A stretch of DNA of 26,379 nucleotides from Candidatus Heimdallarchaeota archaeon (GCA_048881705.1 JBHLSH010000054.1:1-26379); one strand, 5' to 3'. Positions 9,029-19,005 are shown, counted from the stretch's first letter. Notes: generated from the sequence alone by a model not told the origin. Translations and numbers: made by a program.

Positions 9029-9469
9029 TTAAATTTTGGTTCCATTTACTGTAATGAGATAACGAACCGATGGTTTAATACTCTTAACTACCAGGCAGTA
9101 CTTGGGGGCAAGTTCACAGGCCCTCTGGAGTAAAAATTCTTCTCCGTTAGCGTCAATTTCAACAACAATTTCGGAGAAATGATAAATCCCACCTTTATCT
9201 CTATTGATTTCAGCACTTACTGTTATTGCAAGAGCTTCTGGAAGGATTCGAAGACTGTCACAAATGTGGAGTATTGTAGTAAGTGTACAAGTGCCAATTG
9301 ATACTAAAAATAAATCTTCGGGAGTGGGATTATCAATTCCTCCGAAATCGGGAGGACAACTGAACGGAAGGACATTCGAGTAGTAAGTAGTCTTGAAATG
9401 GCCCTTTTTATCATGATCCCAAACTGCTTTTACCTTAAATGGAACATCAGTGGCAGTAAAACGGTGCAT
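9029..9469 (-). CDS. OsmC/Ohr-like protein
   Basis: PPDFGG...TPEDLFLVSIGTC and second cysteine in KYCLV. TTTAAA at 9495-9500 lies about 26 nt upstream, consistent with a leaderless transcript. Confidence 0.85.
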   Translation of the reverse strand: MHRFTATDVPFKVKAVWDHDKKGHFKTTYYSNVLPFSCPPDFGGIDNPTPEDLFLVSIGTCTLTTILHICDSLRILPEALAITVSAEINRDKGGIYHFSEIVVEIDANGEEFLLQRACELAPKYCLVVKSIKPSVRYLITVNGTKI

Positions 9470-9605
9470 AGACTATCTATCTCTTATGTCGGTCTTTAAA
9501 TGAATCTATATTCCCGGTAAAGATTGAATTTCAGATCGGGGTTTGCGAAGCATAATATAGATTTCCTTGAAATCTGCACCTATTTATTGTTTTATCATCG
9601 GAGTT

Positions 9606-9627
9606 TTTTTTTATCCGGACAAAAAAA
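9606..9627. promoter_or_regulatory. Near-perfect 22-bp palindrome in the divergent OsmC/AhpC promoter region
   Basis: T7-A-TCCGGA-C-A7, one mismatched pair. Confidence 0.3.
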
Positions 9628-9663
9628 TCTATCTGGGACTTTAATGTCATAACGTTGATAAAA

Positions 9664-10245
9664 ATGGTAAGAACTGAATCTTTAATGATGCCTCTCGGCA
9701 CAAAGGCCCCTGAATTCTCTCTAAAAGATGTGAGGAATAACCAAATCGTTACTTATTCTCAACAAAAAGGGAAGAAAGGCACTCTCATCTTCTTCATTTG
9801 TAATCACTGCCCTTATGTCATCCATGTACGAGATCTTTTCGGTTTTTTTTCAGAAGAATATCAATCGAAAGGGGTTTCCTTTATTGCAATCAATGCAAAT
9901 AATCCTGAAACTCATCCCCAAGATGGCCCCGAACAAATGAAACAGCTTGCGAATGAGAAGGGATGGCGATTTCCTTTTCTTTTCGATGAAACTCAAGAAA
10001 TAGCTAAAGCTTATACGGCTATCTGTACTCCAGATTTCTTTTTGTTCAATTCCAAAGATGAGCTATTCTATCGTGGCCAAATGGATGATTCACGGCCTCG
10101 CAGTGGGACACAACCAACGGGAAAAGATTTACGATCAGCTCTCGACGCTCTTATTGAAGATAAACAACCCCCAGAATCTCAAAAGCCAAGCGTTGGTTGC
10201 AGTATTAAGTGGAAACCTGGGAACGAGCCAGAATACGTGCGCTAA
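9664..10245 (+). CDS. Thioredoxin-fold AhpC/TSA-family protein
   Basis: LGTKAPEF, FICNHCPYV, CTPDFFLF, YRGQMDDSRP and SVGCSIKW. ATG 9664 preferred; the track starts at TTG 9655. Confidence 0.88.
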   Translation: MVRTESLMMPLGTKAPEFSLKDVRNNQIVTYSQQKGKKGTLIFFICNHCPYVIHVRDLFGFFSEEYQSKGVSFIAINANNPETHPQDGPEQMKQLANEKGWRFPFLFDETQEIAKAYTAICTPDFFLFNSKDELFYRGQMDDSRPRSGTQPTGKDLRSALDALIEDKQPPESQKPSVGCSIKWKPGNEPEYVR

Positions 10246-11219
10246 AGAAAAATCCACTGAAGTAAAAGCACTTCAAAAGGTAAGATTAACAACGCCAGAA
10301 AAGTTAAGCTCGTTATCAAGAGGCTAATCTGTCCTTCATCCAAATTGAAAAACTTGCCGTACAGAATATTAGCTACTGCTGGAGGCGCCATACTCTGGAT
10401 TATTAGAGGGATCGCTATCAGCCCAGTACTTTGAAAGATTATTATAAAGAACGCTGCCACCGCAGGACCGATCAAAAAACGGGTAAAACTTACTTCGAGA
10501 ACATTTCTTGAAAGAAGATTGCGCGGATGTAGTTCCTTAATATCCTGAAATGAAACCCCAACTAGTACTAGAGCTCCATAAAGCGAGATAGTTTTAAAAA
10601 AATCGATTCCCGGAATCTGTCCTATGGCTTGAGGCCCAAACAAGGCATGAAGGAAAAACCCCAGCAGCAATGCAAGAAAAGGAGGAAACTTCAGCAAATC
10701 CTTGACCAATTTGTACGCTATCTGAGTCTGGGATTCATGCCCGCGTGCTTGTGGATTGTAATGCATCCCTATTAGAACCCCAAGACTATTCCTGAGGGTC
10801 ATCGCTATAAAGACGTAGATAGTTGCGTATACTAACCCATTATCTCCAAGTATCGCAAGAATGATAGGAAAAGGGAATAACAAAGCATTTGGAAAAGTAC
10901 CACACAAAACAAGAGAACCTGCCTCTTCGGCGGGCCTGTTACGCACCAAAATGTACATTACGAGTGAACTAAATCCATGAACAGATACCGCGACCAAGGT
11001 AATCTGTAATACCGTAATTCCTACCAGCGTTCCTATACCTGCAAAAGAGGAAATTATTGAGATTGGAAAAAAAACCCAGATCACAATAGAAGTGAACCAT
11101 TTTCCATATTCTGGGGAATAATACCTTGAAAAACGCCATATCACCCCTCCTGCAATCATCAAATAAACGATAATCAAATCAAAAAGCAGTTCAAAGAACC
11201 CTTCTAGGAATGTAGCCAT
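10242..11219 (-). CDS. AEC (auxin efflux carrier/malate permease) family transporter
   Basis: About 10 TM segments; FPNALLFPFPII, NPP-like KFPPFLA and QSMAPPAV motifs. Its stop overlaps the convergent gene's stop at 10242-10245. Confidence 0.82.
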   Translation of the reverse strand: MATFLEGFFELLFDLIIVYLMIAGGVIWRFSRYYSPEYGKWFTSIVIWVFFPISIISSFAGIGTLVGITVLQITLVAVSVHGFSSLVMYILVRNRPAEEAGSLVLCGTFPNALLFPFPIILAILGDNGLVYATIYVFIAMTLRNSLGVLIGMHYNPQARGHESQTQIAYKLVKDLLKFPPFLALLLGFFLHALFGPQAIGQIPGIDFFKTISLYGALVLVGVSFQDIKELHPRNLLSRNVLEVSFTRFLIGPAVAAFFIIIFQSTGLIAIPLIIQSMAPPAVANILYGKFFNLDEGQISLLITSLTFLALLILPFEVLLLQWIFL

Positions 11220-11397
11220 TCTATGTCATCTTCTGTTTATTACTAAAGATAAACTGTGTCTATCGATCCGAAACTTCACATGTGGTTAAGATTAATAAAC
11301 TAGCACACGATCAGTCTCCTATATGATCCTTAAATCTAGTAATTACAATACATGGAAAACGAATCGTCTCAAATATTATGTAAAGTAGTGTAAGGAT

Positions 11398-13131
11398 ATG
11401 AAAGACATCGACTTGATAGAGAAACTGACCCTACAAAATGCCATCAAATATAATGGGAAAGCCAGTTCGAAATCTACCTTAGGAAGCGTAATCAGAACTG
11501 ATCCAGTCGCTTTCAAATCTCGGATCCAGGAAACAAAGGTCCTAGTTGAGAAAATGGTGGAAAAAGTAAACGCGTTAACACTTGAACAACAGAAGAGCAG
11601 ACTTAGTGAAATCTCCCCCGAAAGCCTTATTCAAGATAAAAAGAGAAAGAAAGAGATTAATATTGAACTTCCACCTAATCCTGATTTTGCCCAAACGGTA
11701 CTCAGGCTAGCTCCATATCCTTCTGGTCCACTCCATATTGGAAATTCCCGGATGGTAGTTCTGAACGATTATTGCGCCAAAAAATATGACGGAAAACTCC
11801 TGCTGGTATATGATGATACAATTGGTTCCGATACGAAAATAATAGATCCATCGGCATATGATTCAATTTTGGAGGGATTAGATTATCTAGGAGTAACCAT
11901 TCATGAGACTTATTATAAATCAGACAGATTAGACCTATTCTATAGATACTCCAGAGAGATAATATCGAAGGGAGAAGCATATGTTTGTACCTGTGCCGCT
12001 GATATATGGCGAAATCGTTACAAGGAACAGAAAAAAAGTTGTCCCTGTCGCCCACATTCTATAGAGGAAAATCTAGATAATTGGGAAAAGATGCTTGGTG
12101 GAGGCTATCAAGAGAAAGGGGCTGTGGTGCGTCTAAAGTCAGGTATGGCCCTTGCGGATCCTGCTATCCGGGACCCTGCCTTGCTAAGAATATCTGAAAG
12201 GGAACATCCACGAGTTGGTACGAAGTACCGTGTTTGGCCCCTTTTAGAGTATTCGTGGGGTATCGATGACCATGATCTAGGGATCTCTCACATAATTAGG
12301 GGAAAAGACCTTAGAAAGGAAGGAATAATCGAACAAATGATCTGGAAGGTCTTTGGATGGAAGGAACCCGCAATTCTATTATATGGCAGAATGAAACTTA
12401 AGGGATTAAGACTCAGTAAATCCCTCACAGCAAAATCTGTTCGGGATGGTACATACTTTGACTGGACAGATCCGAGAACTTGGTCGCTTCAATCGTTGGA
12501 GAGACGCGGGATCCAAAAAGATGCAATCCATAACGCTTTATTGAAAGTCGGACTCAGTTCAGTTGACGTAACTTTTTCTCCTGAAGCAATTTATTCCGCT
12601 AATAGAAAACTAATTGATTCTACCTCGAATCGGTACTTCTTTGTACCAGATCCAATTAAATTAATGATCACAGATGTTCCTAGCTTTATTAAGGCTGCTC
12701 AACCGCTGAAACATCCTGAACATCCTGAAATTGGTCGTAGAGAAATAAAAATTGATATTGAGAATGGGTGCGTAAATATCTATGTTCCCAAGCAAGAGCT
12801 ATTAAGATTAGGCGATAAAAAGATAATCCGTTTGAAGGACCTTATGAATATCACAATTACAAGGCATAAAGAAGAAATGACGTTAGGTAGATATGAGAGT
12901 AAAGGAGTTCAAGACGCAAGGGAAATGAATGCACCGATGACTCAGTGGGTCCCTGTCAACACGGCTTTACCTACTGAGATATTGCTTCCCGACGGAAATA
13001 TCATGATTGGTGTTTCTGAACCTGACCTGCGGAAAGTTACTCCTGGTAACATAATCCAATTTGAAAGAGTTGCCTTCTGTCGTGTAGAAGAACTAGGTAG
13101 CCCTATCAGAATGATTTTCGTGCATCGCTAA
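11398..13131 (+). CDS. gltX: Glutamate--tRNA ligase, archaeal type
   Basis: RLAPYPSGPLHIGN (HIGH), zinc motif CTC...CPCR, DDHDLGISHIIRGKD, LSKS (KMSKS), N-terminal helical extension and QFERVAFCR beta-barrel tail. Confidence 0.96.
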   Translation: MKDIDLIEKLTLQNAIKYNGKASSKSTLGSVIRTDPVAFKSRIQETKVLVEKMVEKVNALTLEQQKSRLSEISPESLIQDKKRKKEINIELPPNPDFAQTVLRLAPYPSGPLHIGNSRMVVLNDYCAKKYDGKLLLVYDDTIGSDTKIIDPSAYDSILEGLDYLGVTIHETYYKSDRLDLFYRYSREIISKGEAYVCTCAADIWRNRYKEQKKSCPCRPHSIEENLDNWEKMLGGGYQEKGAVVRLKSGMALADPAIRDPALLRISEREHPRVGTKYRVWPLLEYSWGIDDHDLGISHIIRGKDLRKEGIIEQMIWKVFGWKEPAILLYGRMKLKGLRLSKSLTAKSVRDGTYFDWTDPRTWSLQSLERRGIQKDAIHNALLKVGLSSVDVTFSPEAIYSANRKLIDSTSNRYFFVPDPIKLMITDVPSFIKAAQPLKHPEHPEIGRREIKIDIENGCVNIYVPKQELLRLGDKKIIRLKDLMNITITRHKEEMTLGRYESKGVQDAREMNAPMTQWVPVNTALPTEILLPDGNIMIGVSEPDLRKVTPGNIIQFERVAFCRVEELGSPIRMIFVHR

Positions 13132-13315
13132 GTGAGTTTACCACTGAGATCATCATTAAATCACGTCAGAACTTGATAAAACTAGAATTTCCCAAAACAA
13201 TTCGGAAAAAAAGGGCCTCTAAATGCTTAGAAAAAACTCCTCTTTCGGTAATGTGATAGAAGAAGATCTTTCGATTGTCTTCTTCTTTGGATTTACTGTC
13301 TTTAACCTAGGAGAA

Positions 13316-14344
13316 ATGAGTGGGTTCTATTCCTCTATCATCAGGAGTTTGGATTATCCATTTTTTATTATCATCCCCATTGTCATGGTGTTTTTCGGCA
13401 CATTTGGGCTTCTTGGAATACTAACTGGGTCAAAGGAAATCCTCTTGATATGTTTGGCGGCATCGGGCATCTATATGGTTACTTTACTTGGGCTTTTGAT
13501 TCTGATTCCAGAATTTTCATTAATTATCATGATTACAACTCTCATTAGTTTGGGTCTGGCCGCAGGTAGTTTGATTATTGGAGTAATGGTTTTTGTTCAG
13601 TCCAAACCGATTGATCCGGATCTTAAGAAACTGATAAAAATCAAAAAATCTGACAATTTAGCACTAGAGATATCTGAGTTAAAAAAGTATTACCAATTAA
13701 GCGAAGAAGTAACTGTACGTGCATTGGATGGAATAAATCTGGAAATTGAGAGAGGGGATTTCATTGCTATCATGGGGCCTTCTGGATCAGGAAAAAGTAC
13801 TCTTTTGAACTGTATTGGAGCCCTAGACCGCCCCACATCAGGTGATATAAAAATAGATGGTATTAATTTAGCTGATCTTGATGAAGATGGATTGGCTTGG
13901 CTAAGGAGCAAAAAAATCGGGTTCATTTTTCAGGCATATAATTTGATTAATCGCATTAAGGTAGGAGAAAATGTTCAATTACCTGCCTTTGTTACCTCTC
14001 TTGATTTAGAGACTCGTCGTAGAAAAGCTGAATCTCTTCTCTCTAGCGTTGGGTTAGAACAGACATACGATCGCCATCCGACCTCGTTAAGTGGAGGAGA
14101 ACAGCAACGGGTCGCTATTGCCAGAGCACTTATGAATGATCCCACATTTCTCCTTGCAGATGAACCTACAGGAAATTTAGATTCAAAATCTGGGGCCGTG
14201 GTAATGGGAATATTGGAAAAACTTAATCGTGAGCTAGGGGTTACTCTGATAGTGGTTACTCATGATCCTGAGGTGGGAAATTTAGCTAAACGGATATACT
14301 ATCTCAAAGATGGAAAAAATGTTGGAGTCAAGGAGTTGATTTAA
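13316..14344 (+). CDS. LolD/MacB-type ABC ATPase with an N-terminal membrane domain
   Basis: GPSGSGKST, LSGGEQQR, LLADEPT and VTHD motifs, preceded by three hydrophobic helices. AGGAG at 13309-13313 favours ATG 13316; the track's 13223 start would add one more hydrophobic stretch. Confidence 0.88.
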   Translation: MSGFYSSIIRSLDYPFFIIIPIVMVFFGTFGLLGILTGSKEILLICLAASGIYMVTLLGLLILIPEFSLIIMITTLISLGLAAGSLIIGVMVFVQSKPIDPDLKKLIKIKKSDNLALEISELKKYYQLSEEVTVRALDGINLEIERGDFIAIMGPSGSGKSTLLNCIGALDRPTSGDIKIDGINLADLDEDGLAWLRSKKIGFIFQAYNLINRIKVGENVQLPAFVTSLDLETRRRKAESLLSSVGLEQTYDRHPTSLSGGEQQRVAIARALMNDPTFLLADEPTGNLDSKSGAVVMGILEKLNRELGVTLIVVTHDPEVGNLAKRIYYLKDGKNVGVKELI

Positions 14345-15925
14345 ATGGTTCACAAAACCCTGGTAGGAAAACGTCTTGTTGCAATTCTATTATGTACGAT
14401 ATCTTTATTGCTTGCCTCGGGCATCATTTCGAACCCAGAAACCCAAGCGCAAACCGCAGGAAATTTCAGGCTAGATCTGGTCAATTGGCAGGGAATTAGA
14501 TCTCCTGGCGCTGAGAACGTTCCACTCCAGATACAGCTTGTTAATCTCCATAATCAAAGTATAGTTTCAGTTCTTGGAACTTTAACACTTCCATACCCGT
14601 TTACAGACTCAACGGATGGAGATGAAAATGCCAGTGATATTGCTGAAACACTCAGTACTTATATTAACGTCAGCCAATACATCGTATTAAAAGGAGAGCC
14701 ATTTGAACTATTGTTTGATCTTGATATTGATGTTGGAGCTACTAAAGGTAATTATTTGGCAAATTTAACCTTGGATTATCGTATAATTCAGGGAAACAGT
14801 ACTGTTCTGGGGGTTCCCATCGAATTCCCAGTAATATTATCGGTTCCGAACTCGGCTCCGGTAATTACTTGGCAACGCCCCATGTCCGAGCTTGTTACAG
14901 TTGAACCAGGTGAGCAAATCAACTTTACGATAATTCCAAATGATCTCGATAATGACTCCTTGGATATAAATTGGGAAGTTGATGATATTCCTTCTCTAAA
15001 TTCTACTGACAACTCCTTTCTATTCACGAGCCAATCTCAGGTGGGTATCCAAAAGATCGACGTAACAGTTTCTGACCCGAATGAAACGATTACGGAAACA
15101 TGGTGGGTTGAAACTCAATATTCTAGTGAAACAAAGGTCGCTATATCAACACAGCAGGTGATTGCTGGGAAATTTAATGTTGTACAAGTTAATGCAACGA
15201 ATCCATTATGGGTCGGTAAAGTGGAAGCCAGTGTTCAAGCTCCTCCTCCTATTATTGTTGAAGGTAATGCTACGCGAAATTTTGTGAACCTGACGGAAGG
15301 AGCGGAACTTTCATTTAAACTCAGGTTATATGTACCAGAGTCCGCCCTTGGCTCTACCGGTGCTTTAACATTACAATTTGCATTTTCGGATCAATTTGGA
15401 ACGGACTATGTAGATTCAATTACGATCGGCACCCTCGTGAAAGGATTTATACAATTAGAATTTATTGCATCCGATATTTCACAAAGTGCCTTTCGACCTG
15501 GAGATCCCCTAATTGTATCTGCGACAATTCTTAATATAGGAAATTCAAACGCTAAGTTTACAAATACAACTATCCTGTCTAGTGAGGGCGTTTTGATTGC
15601 CTCTAGCTCCAGTAGAAGTTATTTGGGAGATGTCGAACCTGATAGTCCCCTACCTTTTACCTTAAATGCATTCATTAATGCATCCGCAAGTCCTGGAGAT
15701 TACTTGATCAATTGTACTGTGAGCTATACCGATGACATCTACCAAACATACAGTATTTCGGTAACTTTCGCTGTTCAAATTCAGGGAGAAGCAATAACAA
15801 CCTCTGAAGCTACTACACCTATGGATTTTGTAACTTTAATCAGTCAGACTGCCCTTCCAATATTAATTGGGGGAACTACACTATTTATGGTGGGCTATAT
15901 TATAGTTCGTTTTCGCAGGAGGTAA
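14345..15925 (+). CDS. COG1361-type S-layer/Ig-like surface protein
   Basis: Signal peptide, beta-rich domains (ILNIGNSNAK, YLGDVEPDS, YTDD), many N-x-S/T sequons, C-terminal TM helix ending RFRRR. Starts immediately after the ATPase stop (TAAATG). Confidence 0.75.
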   Translation: MVHKTLVGKRLVAILLCTISLLLASGIISNPETQAQTAGNFRLDLVNWQGIRSPGAENVPLQIQLVNLHNQSIVSVLGTLTLPYPFTDSTDGDENASDIAETLSTYINVSQYIVLKGEPFELLFDLDIDVGATKGNYLANLTLDYRIIQGNSTVLGVPIEFPVILSVPNSAPVITWQRPMSELVTVEPGEQINFTIIPNDLDNDSLDINWEVDDIPSLNSTDNSFLFTSQSQVGIQKIDVTVSDPNETITETWWVETQYSSETKVAISTQQVIAGKFNVVQVNATNPLWVGKVEASVQAPPPIIVEGNATRNFVNLTEGAELSFKLRLYVPESALGSTGALTLQFAFSDQFGTDYVDSITIGTLVKGFIQLEFIASDISQSAFRPGDPLIVSATILNIGNSNAKFTNTTILSSEGVLIASSSSRSYLGDVEPDSPLPFTLNAFINASASPGDYLINCTVSYTDDIYQTYSISVTFAVQIQGEAITTSEATTPMDFVTLISQTALPILIGGTTLFMVGYIIVRFRRR

Positions 15926-15931
15926 TATACC

Positions 15932-17122
15932 ATGCCTGCCTTCTTTCGTATGTCATGGCAAGCACTGAGGGACAGAAAACTCCGTTCCCTACTAACGGTG
16001 ACAATGGTCCTAATAGGCGCCTCCTTGATCGTAGCTGTCAATGGAATGTCAAAGGGAACCGTAACATATATTGACAGTCAGTTTAGTTCCATTGCGAGTA
16101 ACGTACTTGTTCTCACACCACGCTCCTCAGACCTAAACCTAGATTCACAGGTATTGGAAACCATTGAACGTTATCCTGGTGTAGATTTCGTCATTCCATT
16201 CATCCAGAATGGAATAGTGATATCTTCGGGTTCAGAAGAAACAACTTCAATCGCACTTGGGATAGAAAACGCCAAACTTCCTTTGATCTTTCCTAGTTTT
16301 TCCTTGTACTCGGGGGATTTCGTCTCTGAAGTCGACAGATTCGGCATCATACTTGGAAATGAAGTGGCTAGGCCTGAAAGGGTCGATTCATTTGCAACGG
16401 TAGGGGATATTATCAAACTACAATTTCAGAAAACTGAGGGTCGTAAGACCGTTTTAGAGAAAAAATCCTTTTATGTTCGTGGTGTAGCCGAATATATCGG
16501 AACTGGGATGGGAGTAATTCCATTGGATGACCTGGCAATAATCCCTTACAGAGAGGCAGACTCTCTTTTTGACCGAAAAGGTATTTATGACGGAATCTAT
16601 GTAATAACAGCCTCTGATAGTGAGAATCAACAAGTTAGAACAATTATAGGAGAAACGTATGATGTATCCATTTTATCCCCTAAAACAATATCTGATTTAG
16701 TGAACAGAGTGTCTGGCGCTGTCGCTGAATTCGTGAATAATGTAGCTGTAGTATCGCTGGGAGTAGCAGCCGTTGGTATCATTACCACTTTGTACACAAG
16801 CATGATGGAAAGGACAAAGGAAATAGGAACTTTAAAGGCTTTAGGTTATCGAAAACGTCAGATTTTGGTATTATTTTTGAATGAAGCTTTAATTACAGGA
16901 GTTATTGGAGGGACATTGGGCTTGGGAGTGGGGGTAGGATTAGGGTACGTCATGAATTATTTCGTTTCAGGAGGAGGTGGTTGGCGTATGGTACCCATTT
17001 TTGAACCGCATGTCTTCGTTTTTACTTGGGTTTTAACTGTAATACTGGCAATGGGTGCGGGATTTTATCCTGCCTGGAAGGCCGCAAAACTAGATCCAGT
17101 TGTTGCCCTGCGAAAGGAATAG
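15932..17122 (+). CDS. MacB/FtsX-family ABC permease
   Basis: RKLRSLLT, large extracellular domain, ERTKEIGTLKALG, FLNEA and YPAWKAAKLDPVVALR. Confidence 0.92.
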   Translation: MPAFFRMSWQALRDRKLRSLLTVTMVLIGASLIVAVNGMSKGTVTYIDSQFSSIASNVLVLTPRSSDLNLDSQVLETIERYPGVDFVIPFIQNGIVISSGSEETTSIALGIENAKLPLIFPSFSLYSGDFVSEVDRFGIILGNEVARPERVDSFATVGDIIKLQFQKTEGRKTVLEKKSFYVRGVAEYIGTGMGVIPLDDLAIIPYREADSLFDRKGIYDGIYVITASDSENQQVRTIIGETYDVSILSPKTISDLVNRVSGAVAEFVNNVAVVSLGVAAVGIITTLYTSMMERTKEIGTLKALGYRKRQILVLFLNEALITGVIGGTLGLGVGVGLGYVMNYFVSGGGGWRMVPIFEPHVFVFTWVLTVILAMGAGFYPAWKAAKLDPVVALRKE

Positions 17123-17195
17123 TGACTAATTTTCTTGTAATGGGCAATAAGGGCCCTTCTAAATTGATGAGGAGACGATTAGTACGAAATAGGTC

Positions 17196-17951
17196 TCATT
17201 TACCAACAGCTTTCTCCTGAAGTCTGGACATAAGTGAGTGGATACTGTCACCTATGCCCTCCCCCGAACGCGCGGATGTCTCGTAGAAATCGAAATACTT
17301 ATCATGTTCAAGTATCCTCTTAACTGCTTCTAGACCAATAAATGCTCCGTATTTGGCTAAATCCTTCTTGTTTAACATCACAATAATTGGTATTCTTCCA
17401 GGGCTGCGTTCCTCTTCCCTTTGCGTTATTTCCACAAAATAGCTAATCTTCTCAATAGAACTTATATTAGTACCGTCAGCTATGATTATGGCCACGTCCG
17501 CGCCCCGCAAAGTCATCTCGGGAATAAAGTCAAAACGTTCCTGGCCTGCTGTATCGAAAAAAACAAGCTGAAAGATAGAATCTATGTCGTCCCGCAAGAT
17601 TATTTCCTCGGCACTGGTGATAGGATGAAATTCGATGGAATTAAACAATGTCCGGACTAGTAAAATCCCCGCTGTATTAACCGAAATAGTGGTTGTGGAA
17701 TCTATCGTTCCCGTTTTTTCTCCCCCAACGCGGTACCAAGTATGTGTTGCATCTAACTGATTTTCAACCTCAATTCGGCGTTTTTGTTCTCCTGTTGGTT
17801 TAAAAAGATCTCCTAGGAGATATTTTAGCAAAGTTGTCTTTCCTGCCCCAGTACTGCCAATGACAACGATCTTGTATACACCTTTGAATCCTTTTCCTTG
17901 TTTTAAAATACGAGTAACCCGGCTACTCCCGCGAAGTCCACGCAATAGCAT
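17196..17951 (-). CDS. Ras-superfamily (Rab-like) small GTPase with insertions
   Basis: G1 GSTGAGKT (aa 32-39), G3 DTAGQERF (133-140), G4 NKKD (194-197), G5 ETSA. GAGGAG ribosome-binding site upstream. Confidence 0.9.
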   Translation of the reverse strand: MLLRGLRGSSRVTRILKQGKGFKGVYKIVVIGSTGAGKTTLLKYLLGDLFKPTGEQKRRIEVENQLDATHTWYRVGGEKTGTIDSTTTISVNTAGILLVRTLFNSIEFHPITSAEEIILRDDIDSIFQLVFFDTAGQERFDFIPEMTLRGADVAIIIADGTNISSIEKISYFVEITQREEERSPGRIPIIVMLNKKDLAKYGAFIGLEAVKRILEHDKYFDFYETSARSGEGIGDSIHSLMSRLQEKAVGK

Positions 17952-18230
17952 AAAAACATCTCCTCTGGATCAGATCGATCGATTTCATGGTAAAACCTAT
18001 GATTATTCTATTTAAATTTAACTAGGTAAATCATGCTTCTAATTTGGCTTTCCAATCAAATCCAAAGATCTCTGAATTATTCTGTGAAAACGATCTAGTT
18101 TATGCTAGGATTTTTGGCGTTTCTTAGATGGTTAACTGGTTCCTTCCCTGGACAGAACCTAGGATTCAGATATTACTCTAAAAGATGAATCCATGCTAAA
18201 AGATTTGAAACCAGAGTACTCTGGAGCAAT

Positions 18231-18977
18231 ATGGCTCCAACTGGGTTCCATGGACTTCTTGGCCTCCTACTGGCATCAAGGATTGATCCAAGTACAAATC
18301 ATAATCAAAGTATACGTGTGGGACTGGTTTGGGGATCCACCCTTCCCGACATGGACATTTTGGGTAGTTCGATAATCACTCTGATAACGGGAGACTTAAA
18401 TCTAGCTGTAGCGTTCCACCGATCAGTAACCCACAGCTTCCCTATTATAGGGCTACTCCTGATTATTGGTTATGGATGGAAACGAAGTCCGATGATCCTT
18501 GGGGTAGGATTTGGGATGTTCCTGCATGTGTTACTTGACTTTCTGTACTTAGAGGGAATTACATGGTTTTGGCCTTTTCAGCCATGGGGTGATCGAACCT
18601 ATTTTATTCCGTTCACATATATGGATCTTGATCCCCTTCTTGCGAAGGTTTTGCTCACCCTAGATGGATATTTTGAGTTTATATTTTATCTTGTGATGGC
18701 TGGTTTTGCCAAACGAACCGAAACCTGTCATGAACTTTCGATTTCATGGCCAGTGGAACTTACAATTAAAAATTGGCCAGGTAAACTCCAGAAATTTGCC
18801 TTGGGTCTTCTTTTCCTGATGATAATTTTCCTAGGATTTGCGGTGTATTCTCACACATGGCCTAATATGACGGTTGAAGCCTATACTATCGTGCTTTACT
18901 TCCCATTGTTTCCTGTTTATTTCATATCTGGACTTCTTCCATATCTAATGCGTGAAACAATTCAAAAATTCTCATAA
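18231..18977 (+). CDS. YdjM-family membrane-bound metal-dependent hydrolase
   Basis: N-terminal His, PDMD, HRSVTHS and HVLLD motifs, WFWPF, several TM helices. GGAG ribosome-binding site. Confidence 0.82.
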   Translation: MAPTGFHGLLGLLLASRIDPSTNHNQSIRVGLVWGSTLPDMDILGSSIITLITGDLNLAVAFHRSVTHSFPIIGLLLIIGYGWKRSPMILGVGFGMFLHVLLDFLYLEGITWFWPFQPWGDRTYFIPFTYMDLDPLLAKVLLTLDGYFEFIFYLVMAGFAKRTETCHELSISWPVELTIKNWPGKLQKFALGLLFLMIIFLGFAVYSHTWPNMTVEAYTIVLYFPLFPVYFISGLLPYLMRETIQKFS

Positions 18978-19005
18978 ATTCCAAAACAGTAGGGAATTTG
19001 GAATT
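18977..19005 (+). terminator. Stem-loop immediately after the YdjM-like stop codon
   Basis: AATTCCAAA (18977-18985) pairs with TTTGGAATT (18997-19005), 11-nt loop. Confidence 0.35.
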
